From contig MU058065.1 in assembly GCA_013265495.1 (NCBI GenBank), forward strand, positions 8,907,819 through 8,971,818: 64,000 bases of DNA, written 5' to 3'. The notes beneath the pieces are model-generated. The model worked only from the letters and a program-made list of their open reading frames with translations. It did not search any database and was not told the origin of the DNA. Below are positions 26,431 through 38,896 of this stretch, piece after piece. This DNA is from Vicugna vicugna (lineage: Eukaryota). A program made the translations under genes and the position numbers. Positions within the stretch are counted from its first letter, which is position 1, and each line of letters begins with the position of its first letter.

Positions 26431-29400
26431 TGAAGAAGCTTGATTTTTTTTTTAATCAGAAGTATTTTTGAGTTTATAATATTGAAGCCTTTTTTACTCT
26501 TTTAAAAAAATAAGTATGCTCTATAAAAATCAAGACAAATTTAGTTAATATATATGTAATGCTCAGTTTGGTCGTGTTAGCAATAACCTGTTACACTTTC
26601 TTATAAGCCACATTTTTAAGGTGATTTGTGGCTCTGGAGAGCAATGGATGATGCCTTGAACTTGGTAACATTCATAAGAAAGGATTATGTTGGTTTACTT
26701 CCTGTTTATATCAGTTGATGCATATGAGGTTTTTTTTTAAATAAGAGGCAAGTAATTTATTGCCAACAGAATTCACTTTTCTGTTACTTTATTTCTAGGG
26801 TTAGTCTATGAAAATACTAGATTTAGAACTTTCCTTTTTTTACTGTAGTATCTATTTTAATCCCATGTATTATTTAGCTTTAAAGCATTTTCTTTGGTGG
26901 GATTAGACTAAATGTTTTATAAAATCATTTTTAATTACCTCTTTTTGCCTCTTCTATGTCTTTCCTCTATGATCTCTAATTTTCAATTGGCTTCTACACC
27001 ATACTTTATGAATGGAATACAGTGATTTACTTACAAAATAACTGTGACTAATGCATTGACTTTAAATGAGTCATTTAATACTAAATTTATTGGCACATGT
27101 CCCTGTTAATAGTGATATTTTCACCTGTGTTATGATAGATAATATGTGATTTAGTTCATAAGCATATTGTAAAAACAGGCTATAAAACCACTCCAATGTA
27201 GTTATATTAATTATTTTAATTGCCAGTGTTAAAACTCAGTGCCTCTTTATCAAATTTTTATTCATAAAAGTTTTCCTCAAAGGATTGTAAATTCTTTAAT
27301 TTGATAGGTATGTTTATTGAAAAGTTAATTTGTATAATTTTCTAATCTCAAGGTCTGGTTACTGACCTTTTCAAACAAACCACATGGTTTGCTTTTTAAA
27401 AGTCATTTGATAAATAGATTAGAAACTTTAGTAGATGTATTTTGTCCAACTTTTGGTTTGTTTTCCTACTGTACTTACTATAAATTACTCCAACTTTTTA
27501 AAGATTAAAATAACATATCTAATAATGCTTATGCAGTTATTTAAAACTGTAATAAACGTATCCCTGGGCATGGAAATTTTTTTCCGAGAGATAGTGGGGC
27601 ATTGAGAGTTTTAAGACTGTCAATTTTCAAATCTGTTTCCATATGTGCCGTTATTAAAATTTAACCCACCTTTGGTCTAGGTTTCCTCCCATTTTCCAAA
27701 AGAAAGGCATACTTACTGTGTCCTAGATTTTACTATGGTGCGCTGCTTCAGGTTATAAAAACTTCTTGGGCACAGTCAAAAGAGAGTTTTGAAACATTGT
27801 AGTCATTGGTATTAAGGATGTGCATCATTGTAATAATCACTAATGACTGGGAACAAGTCATATACCGGATTTCCAGTTTTTTGGTTTCGGCAAAATGGAA
27901 AGAGGATCTAATCAAGTTGTTAGTTAATAAGAGTACTAAATGTAATTTTTGAGGATGTTATTTTACTGTGTGACTTGTACATAATGAAATAAATGTCTTA
28001 AGAACTGAGCGACATTGCTGTAACAAAACCTTTCCTATTTCCATCTACTCATCTGTCAGCAATATTTCTCAACTTGTAAATCTGTAAAAATTCAAGATAG
28101 TAAGAGAGTAAAACTCCTCATTCTAATGATAGAAAATATCCACTGATACATGAACTGATTAAAAATCAATGACTATTTCAAAGGAGAAAGAAAATACCCT
28201 AAAGGAGCAGTTTTTAATTATTGTGGAAAATTATTAGCAAATAAACATTTTTCCTTTAACTTTATGTGAAAAATTTCAAAGACATACAAAATAAATTGAA
28301 TAGTTTAACCAGTCCCCATCAACTCATTCCTGGCTTTAATTTTCATAACATGTGTTCCTTTACTTCTCTGTACCCTACTACTAGAGAAATGACAATTTTT
28401 TTCTCTTTTTTACAGGTTGTGTTTTTGCTTTGGTGGCGGGGGGGAGTTATTCTAAGTTATTTTGTATGTGTATGTGTGTTTTTTTCTAACATCTTTGCAA
28501 ATAAACTTTATACTGTTAATTTTTCAAAATTAAAATTACATGACATCATAACAATTACTAGATCCCATATATCAGTGGAGTACATGAAGAGATTTTCCAA
28601 GAGACTACAGAGGCAAATATATTTTGTCAACTTAAATTAAATGCTATTTCCAGGTAGATAATAAAAGAAATATTAATCAAGTGCTTTTACATTTAAATGG
28701 GGAAGTTTAGGGGTGAGAGACTTGAGTCAACACAATCATCAGATATTTTATTTTGCCTGTTCACATAACCTGCCTAGGACATTTCAAGTAGTTTACCCAA
28801 AATGTTATATAATGGTAGACATTGATAAATATCAGTTGTTCCTTAAAAACAGCAAAGAAGCAAAACCTAATTATAGTTTAATTTAGTAAGCTACAAAGTA
28901 GACTAAGAATGTGACCATAGTCAAGAGTTGAAACAGTTTTTGTTTTTTTAAAGCTAAACATGACAGCTAAATAAAGAAAATTTGTATTAGTTTTATAGGC
29001 ACAAGTCAGAGAATGAAAGTTCAATGTAACTTGTTTATTTTTACATTGATTAATTGTATAACCAGTAATTATCCATGTGACATCCCAATGCAAATGCTGA
29101 CATCCTTTTCCAAAAGAGTTTTTTTTTTGTTTTTTTTTTTTTTTTGTGCTTTCTCAAAGGTTGCAAAGGTTTTTGTGGTTTAAATGTTGTTACATATTTT
29201 ACAGCATTAGGATCTATGGAATATTTTGACAACTGCAACAGTTCAATGAAGTTGGTAATTTCTTCTTTTAATTATTTTTCATTGAACAGCTTTGGAGTTA
29301 CATTTCTACATTTTGATTTCTGGTGTATTATAAAGAAAGAAAATTTAGAATATGTCAAAGGACGCTTTAGAGAAATACATAGGTAGTCATTACAATATGG

Positions 29401-30608
29401 CTGTAGCTAAATTATCCTTATCTTGTTTAAACTTCGTTAGTGCCTGATTTTGATGAAATAGTGTGGTGTTCTTTCCAGCTATTGATTGTATATGTGATTG
29501 CACATTCTTTCTCAAATAAGTTGATTTGAAAGGTTTCACAGATTATCAGCTACATGCTAATCCACTTGTAAAGTGGAGACTGAATCTGGCTTTATTTAAA
29601 TAATACTCTGGTACAGGTTTTCCCCCCATAATACAATTTTAAAGTGTAATGTTTTGGGTTTTTTGAGGGTAAAGTTTAAAAATTTCGCTTTAGTAGTTGT
29701 CAAATTACTTTTATTTTAAACCTGTTGTAAAAAGTAGAGATGTATTGTTTCTTTTGGGTGCATATCACCAATTAATACGTTTGATTTCAGATCTACAACT
29801 TACTGCTTTGTAAACTTCGCCGAGGTAAAATGAAACCATTTGGCTACTTGAACTGATCTACGTTACATAGGTTTTTCCTATTGACATTTGCAGTAGCTAA
29901 CATGTGAGAAATAGAAGTGATGAAACAATACATCTTCCATACTCTGAATTGGCTTAATTGGCATAATAGCAAAATGTAGCTAATTTTTTTTAGAGACTGT
30001 GAAATATATTTTTAGTTCAAGTATTTTTAAACAAGTGAGATATTAAAGGTAGAGCTTTCTCTACAATAGTAAAATACATCCAAAATGTTTACATATACTA
30101 GAATACAAAAAATTAGTTTTGCAATGTAACTCTTTTTCTAACTCTAATACTGGTTTAAGGTTATTTTTAAAATATAACTAGATTGTTCTTAATTGAAAAC
30201 CATAATTTATTTGTACTTAATTCTTTTCTAAGGGTAAAACTTTATTTTAAGTTCTTTTTAATGTGAAATTAAATAGCATACATTCTAGCAGATTATGTGG
30301 TGTTATGAAAGATAAGGGGATTTGGAAACTTGTATTTAAAATTCTGTAACTTTGGGTTGGGAAAAGTTATACTTAAAATAAAGCATTCCCTTTGTAATTC
30401 AGATCCATTCTCAACATATGGGTGTTAATGAAAGCACATGTTAAAAAGCTTATGTAAATATTAAATTAGAAGTATTCCTAGATTTAAAAGTACTAATGCA
30501 CAGTATATTAATTATAATGTTAGCAGTTTGAAGTTTTGATATTATATTCACTTAAAACTTAACTAGGTGGGGCCTATATTAACATATTTATGTCTCATTT
30601 CTTTGCAG

Positions 30609-30641
30609 CAAGGAGTGAATAATGCTGAAAAATTTGACTAT
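30609..30641 (+). CDS. GLS: GLS exon 8, 33 nt
   Basis: ctttgcag|CAA...TAT|gtaagt. Encodes QGVNNAEKFDY. Confidence 0.96.
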
Positions 30642-30729
30642 GTAAGTGCAATATAGAATTCAGTTTTCATGCTACATTCTTTTTATATTTGTATTTTGAT
30701 TACTAATACTTTATAACTTTGGATTATAG

Positions 30730-30788
30730 GTAATGCAGTTTTTGAATAAGATGGCTGGTAATGAATATGTTGGATTCAGTAATGCAAC
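30730..30788 (+). CDS. GLS: GLS exon 9, 59 nt
   Basis: ttatag|GTA...AC|gtgagt. Encodes VMQFLNKMAGNEYVGFSNA(T). The preceding intron is only 88 nt. Confidence 0.96.
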
Positions 30789-31726
30789 GTGAGTTTGATT
30801 TTTGATTTAGAATTTTGTAATGAATCATACCTCTTGAAGTTAATTTTTACAGTCTATATTATGGAATTTTATTTTAAATACTGTTTTGTGACTCCTTGTG
30901 TATATACTTCAGTAAATAAGTAATTACTTCGAATTTAGTCATTAGAGGGAAATGTATGATTTCTAAATTACCTGAGGGAGAACACTTAAAAAGCTTTAAC
31001 TAGTTTTGATAAACTTTCTGTGAGAAAGCATAGAATTAGATGGGACTCCAAGTTTAACTCAAATTACCTGCACTTACTCAGTTTTTTCTTTGCCTATAAT
31101 ACCTGTCTTATCTCTTATAATCTCTCTGTGCCTAGCTAACTTGATTTTTACCCCAATTTTTTATTTTCAAATTTGCAAGTCCACAGAAGAGGTCAAAGAA
31201 TAAATGATGAAATTCTGGGTATCTTTCACTTTATCTTCTGATGAATATTGTATCTCATTTGCTTTTTCTCAGCCTGTCTCTCTTTATATGGACAGATAAA
31301 GAAGTCTCACTATATATACACATACATGTACATATATGTAAATATAGATGTACGTGGGGTGGGTTTTTTCAAAACTGTTTGAAATTAATTTGAAGACCTC
31401 ATTTGACACTTCATCCTTAGTGTGTGTATCCTAGAAATAAGGACATTTTCCTTTATAACCACAATACCAGCAATACACTTACTAACAACATTAACATGAA
31501 TTTTTAAATATCATGATAGTTATCAATATATAAATGTTCTCAGCTTTGTAAATGCCTTTTGTGGCCTTTTAGATTTTTTTCAGGAAGAAATCAATGTTCA
31601 TGCATAAGATTTGTTATGACCGTTTTGCCTTTTTAAAGTAAAATAGTTCGCCTACCCTAGACCCTTGCTTTTTAAAATGTTATTAAATGGCTTTTTTTGA
31701 AAGTGTCAATCAGTTGTTTTATAGAA

Positions 31727-31925
31727 CAGGAATTAAGCAACTTTTTCTGTGAAGGACCAGATAGTAAATATTTTGTACTTGTGGGCCATATGGTCTCTGT
31801 TGTAACTACTTGCTCTACTGTTTTAGTAGGAAAGCAAATGATGAACAATATGAAGCTATATTCCAAAAATTTTTATTTATAAAAACAGGCTGGATCAAAC
31901 TCATAGGCTGTAGCAGACATTCCCC
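31727..31925. mobile_element. MER58A-like hAT-Charlie MITE nested in an old L1M-like fragment (~31150-32000)
   Basis: caactttttctgtgaaggaccagatagtaaatattttgtacttgtgggccatatggtctctgttgtaactact...ttttatttataaaaacagg. Confidence 0.8.
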
Positions 31926-32389
31926 ATTTTGATTAGATCTGATTGTTTCCTTGTGATTAGATAAAACTTAAACAGTTTTAGCATGAATACTAAGTAGGTG
32001 ATCTTCATATTTCATGTTTTCTGCCTTACCAACTTTTATTCATCATCTTAAGTATCTTATTCATGAATCTCATCTCGTCTTTCTTCTGTGCTTTTATATT
32101 ATATTTTATTGAACTTACTCTGTGATTCTCTCTTTTTGCCTTGTCATCCCCATTAAACTGACTTTTTTAAGACCTAGATAGAATTATCTTCCAGTTCATT
32201 TCTGTATTCCTGTTATCTGGTGGATAATAAACACTTGATACAACGTTTGATGAACAGAGCCATGTGCTAGGCACTGTGATCATTGTTGAGTAGTTAGTCC
32301 TTTATCTATACTATATTGATGTGTTTTTTAAAAGTATAGCAGGTTGACAACTTCATTTCCAAGAACTTTATCTATACTATATTGATGTG

Positions 32390-32541
32390 GGTTTTTTTTT
32401 TTTTTTTTTTTTTTTTTTATTTTTTTTTGGTGGAGGGGAGGTAATTAGGTCTGTTTATTTTTAGAGGAGGTACTGGGATTGAACCCAGGACCTTGTGCAT
32501 GCTAAGCATACGCTCTACCACTTGAGCTACACCCTCCCCCC
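32390..32541 (-). mobile_element. tRNA-Ala-derived SINE (camelid Vic-1-like), relatively young
   Basis: Reverse complement reads gggagggtgtagctcaagtggtagagcgtatgcttagcatgcacaaggtcctgggttcaatcccagtacctcc...acctaattacctcccc plus a long A tail. Has Pol III A/B boxes and a TSD starting ttgatgtg. Confidence 0.9.
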
Positions 32542-32699
32542 TTGATGTGTTTTTTTAAAGTATAGCAGGTTGACAGCTTGATTTTTAAGAACTTTTCTGT
32601 ATCCAATATTATTTTTCTGGCCATAGAAATATTAAAATGTGCAGTTAGAAGGAGCTGTCCACCCATAATCGGTAATAAAGAGTGTCACACAGTTCTTTT

Positions 32700-33420
32700 A
32701 GCAGCAGCTGTCTGAACACCTGTAGGCTGAGTTCTCAAATGTACCACAAATTAAATCTGTTTATGTCAGAACTCATTCTCTTCCACTGGAAAGTGCTCTT
32801 TGTTCTCGGGATCCCAAGTCAGTTGATACTGCCATCCTTTTTGTAGATCATGTTAGAAATCTAGGCTTTCTACCAGACTTCACCCTGTTTCTCTTTCCCG
32901 TTAGGTCAGGAGACTTGCTCATCTGCTGTCATGTTTGAGCATACCTCTCCTTCCATTCCTATCATCACTGCCTAAGTTAAGGCTTCCTGTGGCTCTCATT
33001 AACAGTAGTCTCCTAATAATATCATTCATCCTTTCTTTTTCCCCTTTCACAAACTGATGTCAGAGTTATCCTTCTGAAATACAGATCTCATAAGGTAACT
33101 TATTTGAAAACCTTCAAGCTTTCATTTTGTAAGCAATCAGGAGCCATTACATTTTTTAGCATTTATCAGTCTTGATAATTTGGTCCCAGTCTCCTTTGTT
33201 GGTTTGATATTTCTCCATGAACCTATTTCCCAGGTACATCAGAATATTTGCCATTCTTCAGTGAAGTCTTTCTTGTCTTTTATACTTTTATAACTCTGTT
33301 CATACTGCATGGTATTTGCCACCGCCTAGGCTTCCACCAGTAATTTGTTAATGCAGCAAATGCTGTAAGGCTCATTTCAGGTATTCCTCTCTCAGTGAAA
33401 TTTCCATAAGTTCCTTCAGA
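32700..33420 (+). mobile_element. Degraded L2 LINE fragment
   Basis: Pyrimidine-rich L2-like phrases (ctccttccattcctatcatcactgcctaagttaaggc...aacagtagtctcctaat...cagagttatccttctgaaatacagatctcat). Confidence 0.5.
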
Positions 33421-33767
33421 TGGAATTGACTATTGTACTTTTGGGGGAACCAGGAGATTCTGTAGTTTTTAAGTATATTTTAATAGAATATGTGATAATT
33501 TAAAAGTTAGCTTCTTTATTCACTAAATATGAAGGCTAGAAAGGGCCTAGTTCATTTCAGTCCTATTGTAGCTGAGAAAATTAAAGAAAAAATAGTCACT
33601 TAAAGGACCTTCCCAAGGCTACATAGCTAACCTGTTGACGGAACTGGGACTGGAACCCAGCAACCTTCAGTGTTCTTTATACTGCATTTTGCTATACAAG
33701 TTAAACTACAAAATAATTGTGCTTTTACAGAAAGCAAATAAATAGAGCAATTTTTTTTTCCTTCTAG

Positions 33768-33834
33768 GTTTCAGTCTGAAAGAGAAAGTGGAGATCGAAA
33801 TTTTGCAATAGGATATTACTTAAAAGAAAAAAAG
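33768..33834 (+). CDS. GLS: GLS exon 10, 67 nt
   Basis: ccttctag|G...AAG|gttttt. Encodes [22 protein letters not shown]. Confidence 0.96.
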
Positions 33835-34302
33835 GTTTTTAAATTTTTGTTTCTATTTCAGAAGTTTTTGCAAAATGCTCTTGAGTTAATACTATCAAGG
33901 TGTTAATCTCATTAAATCAGTTTGTATTTAGTAGTATTCAAATATTTAACTAGTTATATTAATGTAAATTTTGCCCAAGAGTTGGACCATTTTTTCAAAA
34001 AGTATGATGCTTGACTACTGATTACACTTGATTTTAAAAATTTAACTTGGTAACTTGGTTCATGAATTATGAATCAGTTTATCATTGTCAGTTAAACTAG
34101 TATCTAGAAATCTATATGTGATGTAATTTTGCTTTATTGTTTGTCTTAGATTTCGTGTTTGTACCCTTTGTGTGCTGTTTGGTTCTCAATTAGAATAAAA
34201 CTTTTATGTACATTTTAAATTTACTCTTCATGTATCTTTTATTTATGTATATATATTTTTTCTGTGTGCCTATGTTTTTAATTGCCTTTATGTATTTTTC
34301 AG

Positions 34303-34353
34303 TGTTTTCCAGAAGGCACAGACATGGTTGGTATATTAGACTTCTATTTCCAG
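34303..34353 (+). CDS. GLS: GLS exon 11, 51 nt
   Basis: tttttcag|TGT...CAG|gtaatt. Encodes CFPEGTDMVGILDFYFQ. Confidence 0.97.
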
Positions 34354-36617
34354 GTAATTTACTTTAACTGTATGAATTGTGTGTATAAATGGGTGTGTCA
34401 CATTTTAAAGAATTTAGATGTCTCTGAAATCTTGGCTCTAGGCCAAGAAAAAATACATTTCCCATTGAATACTTTCCAAAAATCCTCGTGAAAGGTAATC
34501 TCATGTCTATATCTCCAAAAAAGAGTACGTCTCAGAATGTAACAGGGAAATGTGTTTTTCTGTAAAAACATTATATTTAGGAAGTGTGAAAAATAATGTA
34601 CAGCTCCAGCAGTTGGCTTCTCTTTATTATAAACTGAGCTGTTCTCTTAGTTTTTAAGTTTTGTTTGGAGGAGTTATTTGTTTCTTTATCAGAAAGTTTA
34701 TATTCATCATTTTAAAGCAGCAGTTTCTCAGTTTGTTTAGTTTGTTCCTTCAGTGTCACGTAGTGGATTTTCTAGCAATTTAGAGGAGCTCTTCATATTC
34801 ATAGGGGGAAGGGCCACTCGCATATTTATCTACTATGGTATTGAACTCAGTTTAAGATGTCCTTCCTGGACATCCCTCTCCCCCTCATATTTTCAGTTCA
34901 ATTCATTCTTACCAATTTAATACCTTTGGTACCTCTGATGAATCTGTAATATGAAGCTACATAGTAATAAATTAATTATTGTTTGTTTCTGGTTTACCTT
35001 ACATTTACCTGTTTTTACTTTTGAAGATTCTTTAATTTTAACCTTCTAGTAATCTTAAAGAATATGTAAGGAAAGTTGATAATGAAGTAGATTTTGATGG
35101 AAGTCCAGGTAACTGTTTGTCACCTGCCAATGTGAAGAACTATGAATTGAGAATCCATAGTCAATATAAAATCAAAGTCTAACCTGGCCGCATTTTAGCC
35201 ATGTAACCTAGTTTCACTTACTGAGCCCTGGTTTCATTATGTAGCCTATGCTTGACCTAACTTCCTGCATTGCATCGGCAATAACATGAGATGTGTGTGA
35301 AATTCCTTTGAAACTATGAAGTGTTATGTGAAACATAGTGTCAGATTTACTTTTTATCCAGTAGCCTTTGTTTTTTCCCTAGCCAAGTGGAGTTCTTCTA
35401 TGTTAAAGGTTTTTTTCCCCTTGGTATACATATTTAACTTTGGCTGTTATAGTTTAGGTGCTACTAATCTGCAAAATTTCTATACTTCAGGGCAAAAATC
35501 AAGAGACAGCCATGGAAGCCTTACTTGCTCTTTTGGAGAATGGCTGCATCTCATTGAACATCCATCAGGGTACCAGGAGAGTACTCTTAAATTGGGATTT
35601 GTCAAATTGGAAGTATATAACCTTATGACAAACAAAATTTTCGTTATAAATTATAAATTAGGAAATGGTCACTGGAATTTAAATCATTTCTGTTAGAAAG
35701 CCTTTCATAATTAAATCACATTTACTCTAAGTCTGCCACATGGGTCTGTATAGTAAGTAGATTCTGTAGTTCTGAAGAAATAGGGAAGGGGTTTTAATAT
35801 AAATAGCAAAAGTGAAAGTGAGTCAAAAAGTGGCTCCTATTCAGTTTCAGTGGCTCCTAATTCACTATAGTTAACTAGTTTTCCTTATTGCTATTTCCAA
35901 ACCCCTTTGTGCCTCTTATAGATCTTGAAATATGAGTAAGGAAAATTGTAAGTTGAGAACTGAAGTCTTTTCTTCCTCTGACCCCTTCCTACCCTCTCTT
36001 TCTCTTCCAAATTCCCCTCAGTTTTGGTTACTGTTAACGAAAATTAAAATAGAGCATTTATTTATTGTTTTAGTTTTATGGATAAACTTAGGTTTGGTGT
36101 GGTAAACTATTTCTGTTATTTTGATTATATTTAAATGCAAAAATTTCACCCTACATTGTACCTGGACATTACTTTTTTCATTATATCCAGCACTGATAGT
36201 CAATATCAAATAAGTATTTGAATGTTAATAAATGGTTTAAAATGTAATATTTTGGTTTAGGCACACAGAGCATGCAGGGTGGAACTAGCTTAGATTTGTT
36301 TTCCCATAGTCCTTTGCATGTTGCTGTATGGGGATGCTGAGCTTTGTTATAGGCAAGGTGTCTTTTTTTTGTTTTATTCTTAAAAGTCACAATTTCTTGT
36401 GTAGATACTAACTGTCATAATACTGATGTATGTTGCTTTATCTTAAAAATAGATCATGGCTTTTTTTTCCCTGTCAAGTTAAAAATAATTATATTTGTGT
36501 ATCCTACAGGAAACATTAATGTTTAAGCAAATTTGAATATTACATGAGGCAGTTAGAAATCTTAGTGCTTAGGAACTGGCTCTTTCTATCCTACTTCTGC
36601 CATTAAAAGACTGAATG

Positions 36618-36737
36618 ATGGTGGGGTGGAGGGGAGGTGCGTATAGCTCAGTGGTAGAGTGCAAAAGTCCTGGATTCAATCCTTAGTACCTCCAATAAAC
36701 AAACAAACCAACCTAATTACACCCCCCCACCCCCCAA
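36618..36737 (+). mobile_element. tRNA-derived SINE (Vic-1-like) lacking the anticodon arm, with 13-bp TSD, inserted in a MIR-like fragment
   Basis: gtatagctcagtggtagagtgc-aaaagtcctggattcaatccttagtacctcc...acctaattac. TSD aaaagactgaatg at 36605-36617 and 36738-36750. Confidence 0.88.
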
Positions 36738-36962
36738 AAAAGACTGAATGGCTGGGCAAATTAGGATAAGCCTTAAAGGAGCTAGAACATTGTTTAAATT
36801 AAAAATCATTGTAATGTCATCAAGTTAATTAATATCCCTTTGGGAGAAAGATTTCAGTTCTGTATGAAGTACCAGACAAAATAGATTATCTTAGAAGTCA
36901 AATGTAATACTAAAAATAATGTGAACCTAAGTTTTCAGAATTTAGTTTTTTCTTCCTTTTAG

Positions 36963-37139
36963 CTGTGCTCCATTGAAGTAACTTGTGAATCAGCTAGTGT
37001 GATGGCTGCAACACTGGCTAATGGTGGTTTCTGCCCAATTACTGGTGAAAGAGTACTGAGCCCTGAAGCAGTTCGAAATACACTCAGTCTGATGCATTCC
37101 TGTGGCATGTATGATTTCTCAGGGCAGTTTGCTTTCCAT
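36963..37139 (+). CDS. GLS: GLS exon 12, 177 nt
   Basis: ccttttag|CTG...CAT|gtaagt. Encodes [59 protein letters not shown], which contains the glutaminase GMYD motif. Confidence 0.98.
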
Positions 37140-37718
37140 GTAAGTAATTGGTTCATCTTAATTTCTCTGGCAGGAAACTAGTCTGGACTAGCTCTTTTAA
37201 AAATGCAGTTTGAACTTTGCTTCTAAAGCTGTACATTAATTTTTGAGAGACAGGCTTGTTTTCAAAGTTAATTTGTTACAGAATTCGTAAGGAATAGAGT
37301 TAAGCAGTCTTTGAGATGTTCTTAAGAACTTGAAGTTTAATTTATAGAACCTCATCACTTTTATTTTTAAGGCATTTCAGTGTACAAGCCTAGTGCATGC
37401 AGACTTTACTCTTAGTTGTTAATGTTTAGCATTATGGTGATTACATAACTCAGGAATCTTTTAAGTTCAGAAAAAGTGCTTAACTGTGATGTTTAACATC
37501 TTTGGTCACAGCCATAAGTATTTTAAAGGACTTAAAATATATTAAAGTTAATGTACTGTTGTGCATTTGCCATTTGTGAAATATCATAGACTTTTCTTAT
37601 TTCATCCTGTGTCAAGTCATAATGTCCTAAAATTTGTTTTATTTTGAAAATTTTAAAACAGAAAAATAGATGCATTTAAGGTTACCCATTACTCAGCTTT
37701 AATAATTATCAGTACGTG

Positions 37719-37797
37719 TATACTGAAAAATTGTGCTCTACACTGGAATTTGACACATTGTAAAATGACTATAATTCAATGAAAAAATGTTAAAAAA
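37719..37797 (+). mobile_element. 5'-truncated young L1 3' tail inserted in an older L1M-like fragment (~37620-38330)
   Basis: tactgaaaaattgtgctctacactggaatttgacacattgtaaaatgactataattcaatgaaaaaa, with imperfect TSD aattatcagtacgtg / aatttaccagtatgtg. Confidence 0.7.
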
Positions 37798-38896
37798 TTT
37801 ACCAGTATGTGACAAATCTTGTTTCATCTATATTATACCTATTTCCCATACCCTTTTCACCGTTCAGTATGTAATTCTAAATGATAAACACTCTAAAAAA
37901 CCCACAGCACCGTTATCATGTGTAAAAGTCTAAAAAGAATTTTAATCTTTAATAACATCAAAATATTTAGTCAGTGTTCAGATTATCTGGATTATCTTAA
38001 AAATTATTTTACAATTTGCTTCTCTTGGGTTGCATATAAGGGCCATACATTGTGCTTGGTTGTGTCTCTTAATTATTTTTTTTTTAATCTTTAGTCTCCA
38101 CCTTCACCTCTTTCTTCTTCTTATTTTTGGTTGGAAAAACTGGGTTATTTTTCCTGTACAGTTTCTCAGAGTCTAGATTTTCTTTATTATGTCCCTTCCA
38201 TTTTCCCTTCTATTACCTGTAAACTGGTAGGTCCCATTCAGGTGATTATTTTGTTTTGCTTCGTTTTGTGCAAGAGTGCTTCTGGTGAGAGGTACTCAGT
38301 GTCTGAATATTAGTAAGCCATTAATGAACACTGTCCTGATGATATTAATTTTGTCTTTTACTATAATTATTGTCAAGTTTTATATAATGTAAACTTAAAT
38401 GTTTTAAAGAGGCTTAATTTGAAATAGTACCATCTTATCTCTATCCTTTAGAATTTCTCTGCCAGTATACCACAGAGAATCTTTTAGTAAGATATAATTT
38501 CTCATTGTTTTTAGTCATAAAATATTTTTTGAAAATAACTTTTAATATTTAAAAGCAATACCTGTTTATTATAGAACAATTAGAAAATATAGTCAAAAGT
38601 CAAAATATAGTCAAAATAAATGCATTACTCCTCCATTTAGATGTAATCTCCTTTAATTCCTTAGAATGTATCTTTCAAAATTTTTTCTTTATTTAAATAC
38701 ATTCCAACTGTTTTATAACTGTCTTTTCACTTACTATATTTTAAACATGTTTACAAATACTTACCTACAACATTTTTAATGTTGGAACTCTGCTGTTTGA
38801 ATAGATACCATAATTTTTTAACCGGTCCCTTGTTGGACGTAACTTCTCTTATTTTAAAATGTTAACACAAATATCCTTTTTTCAAATTACTTTCAG

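Noticed and set aside
32465..32541. Possible tRNA-Ala gene
   Set aside because: It has a SINE tail, poly(A), a target-site duplication, a disrupted acceptor stem and diverged sibling copies, so it is a SINE rather than a tRNA gene.
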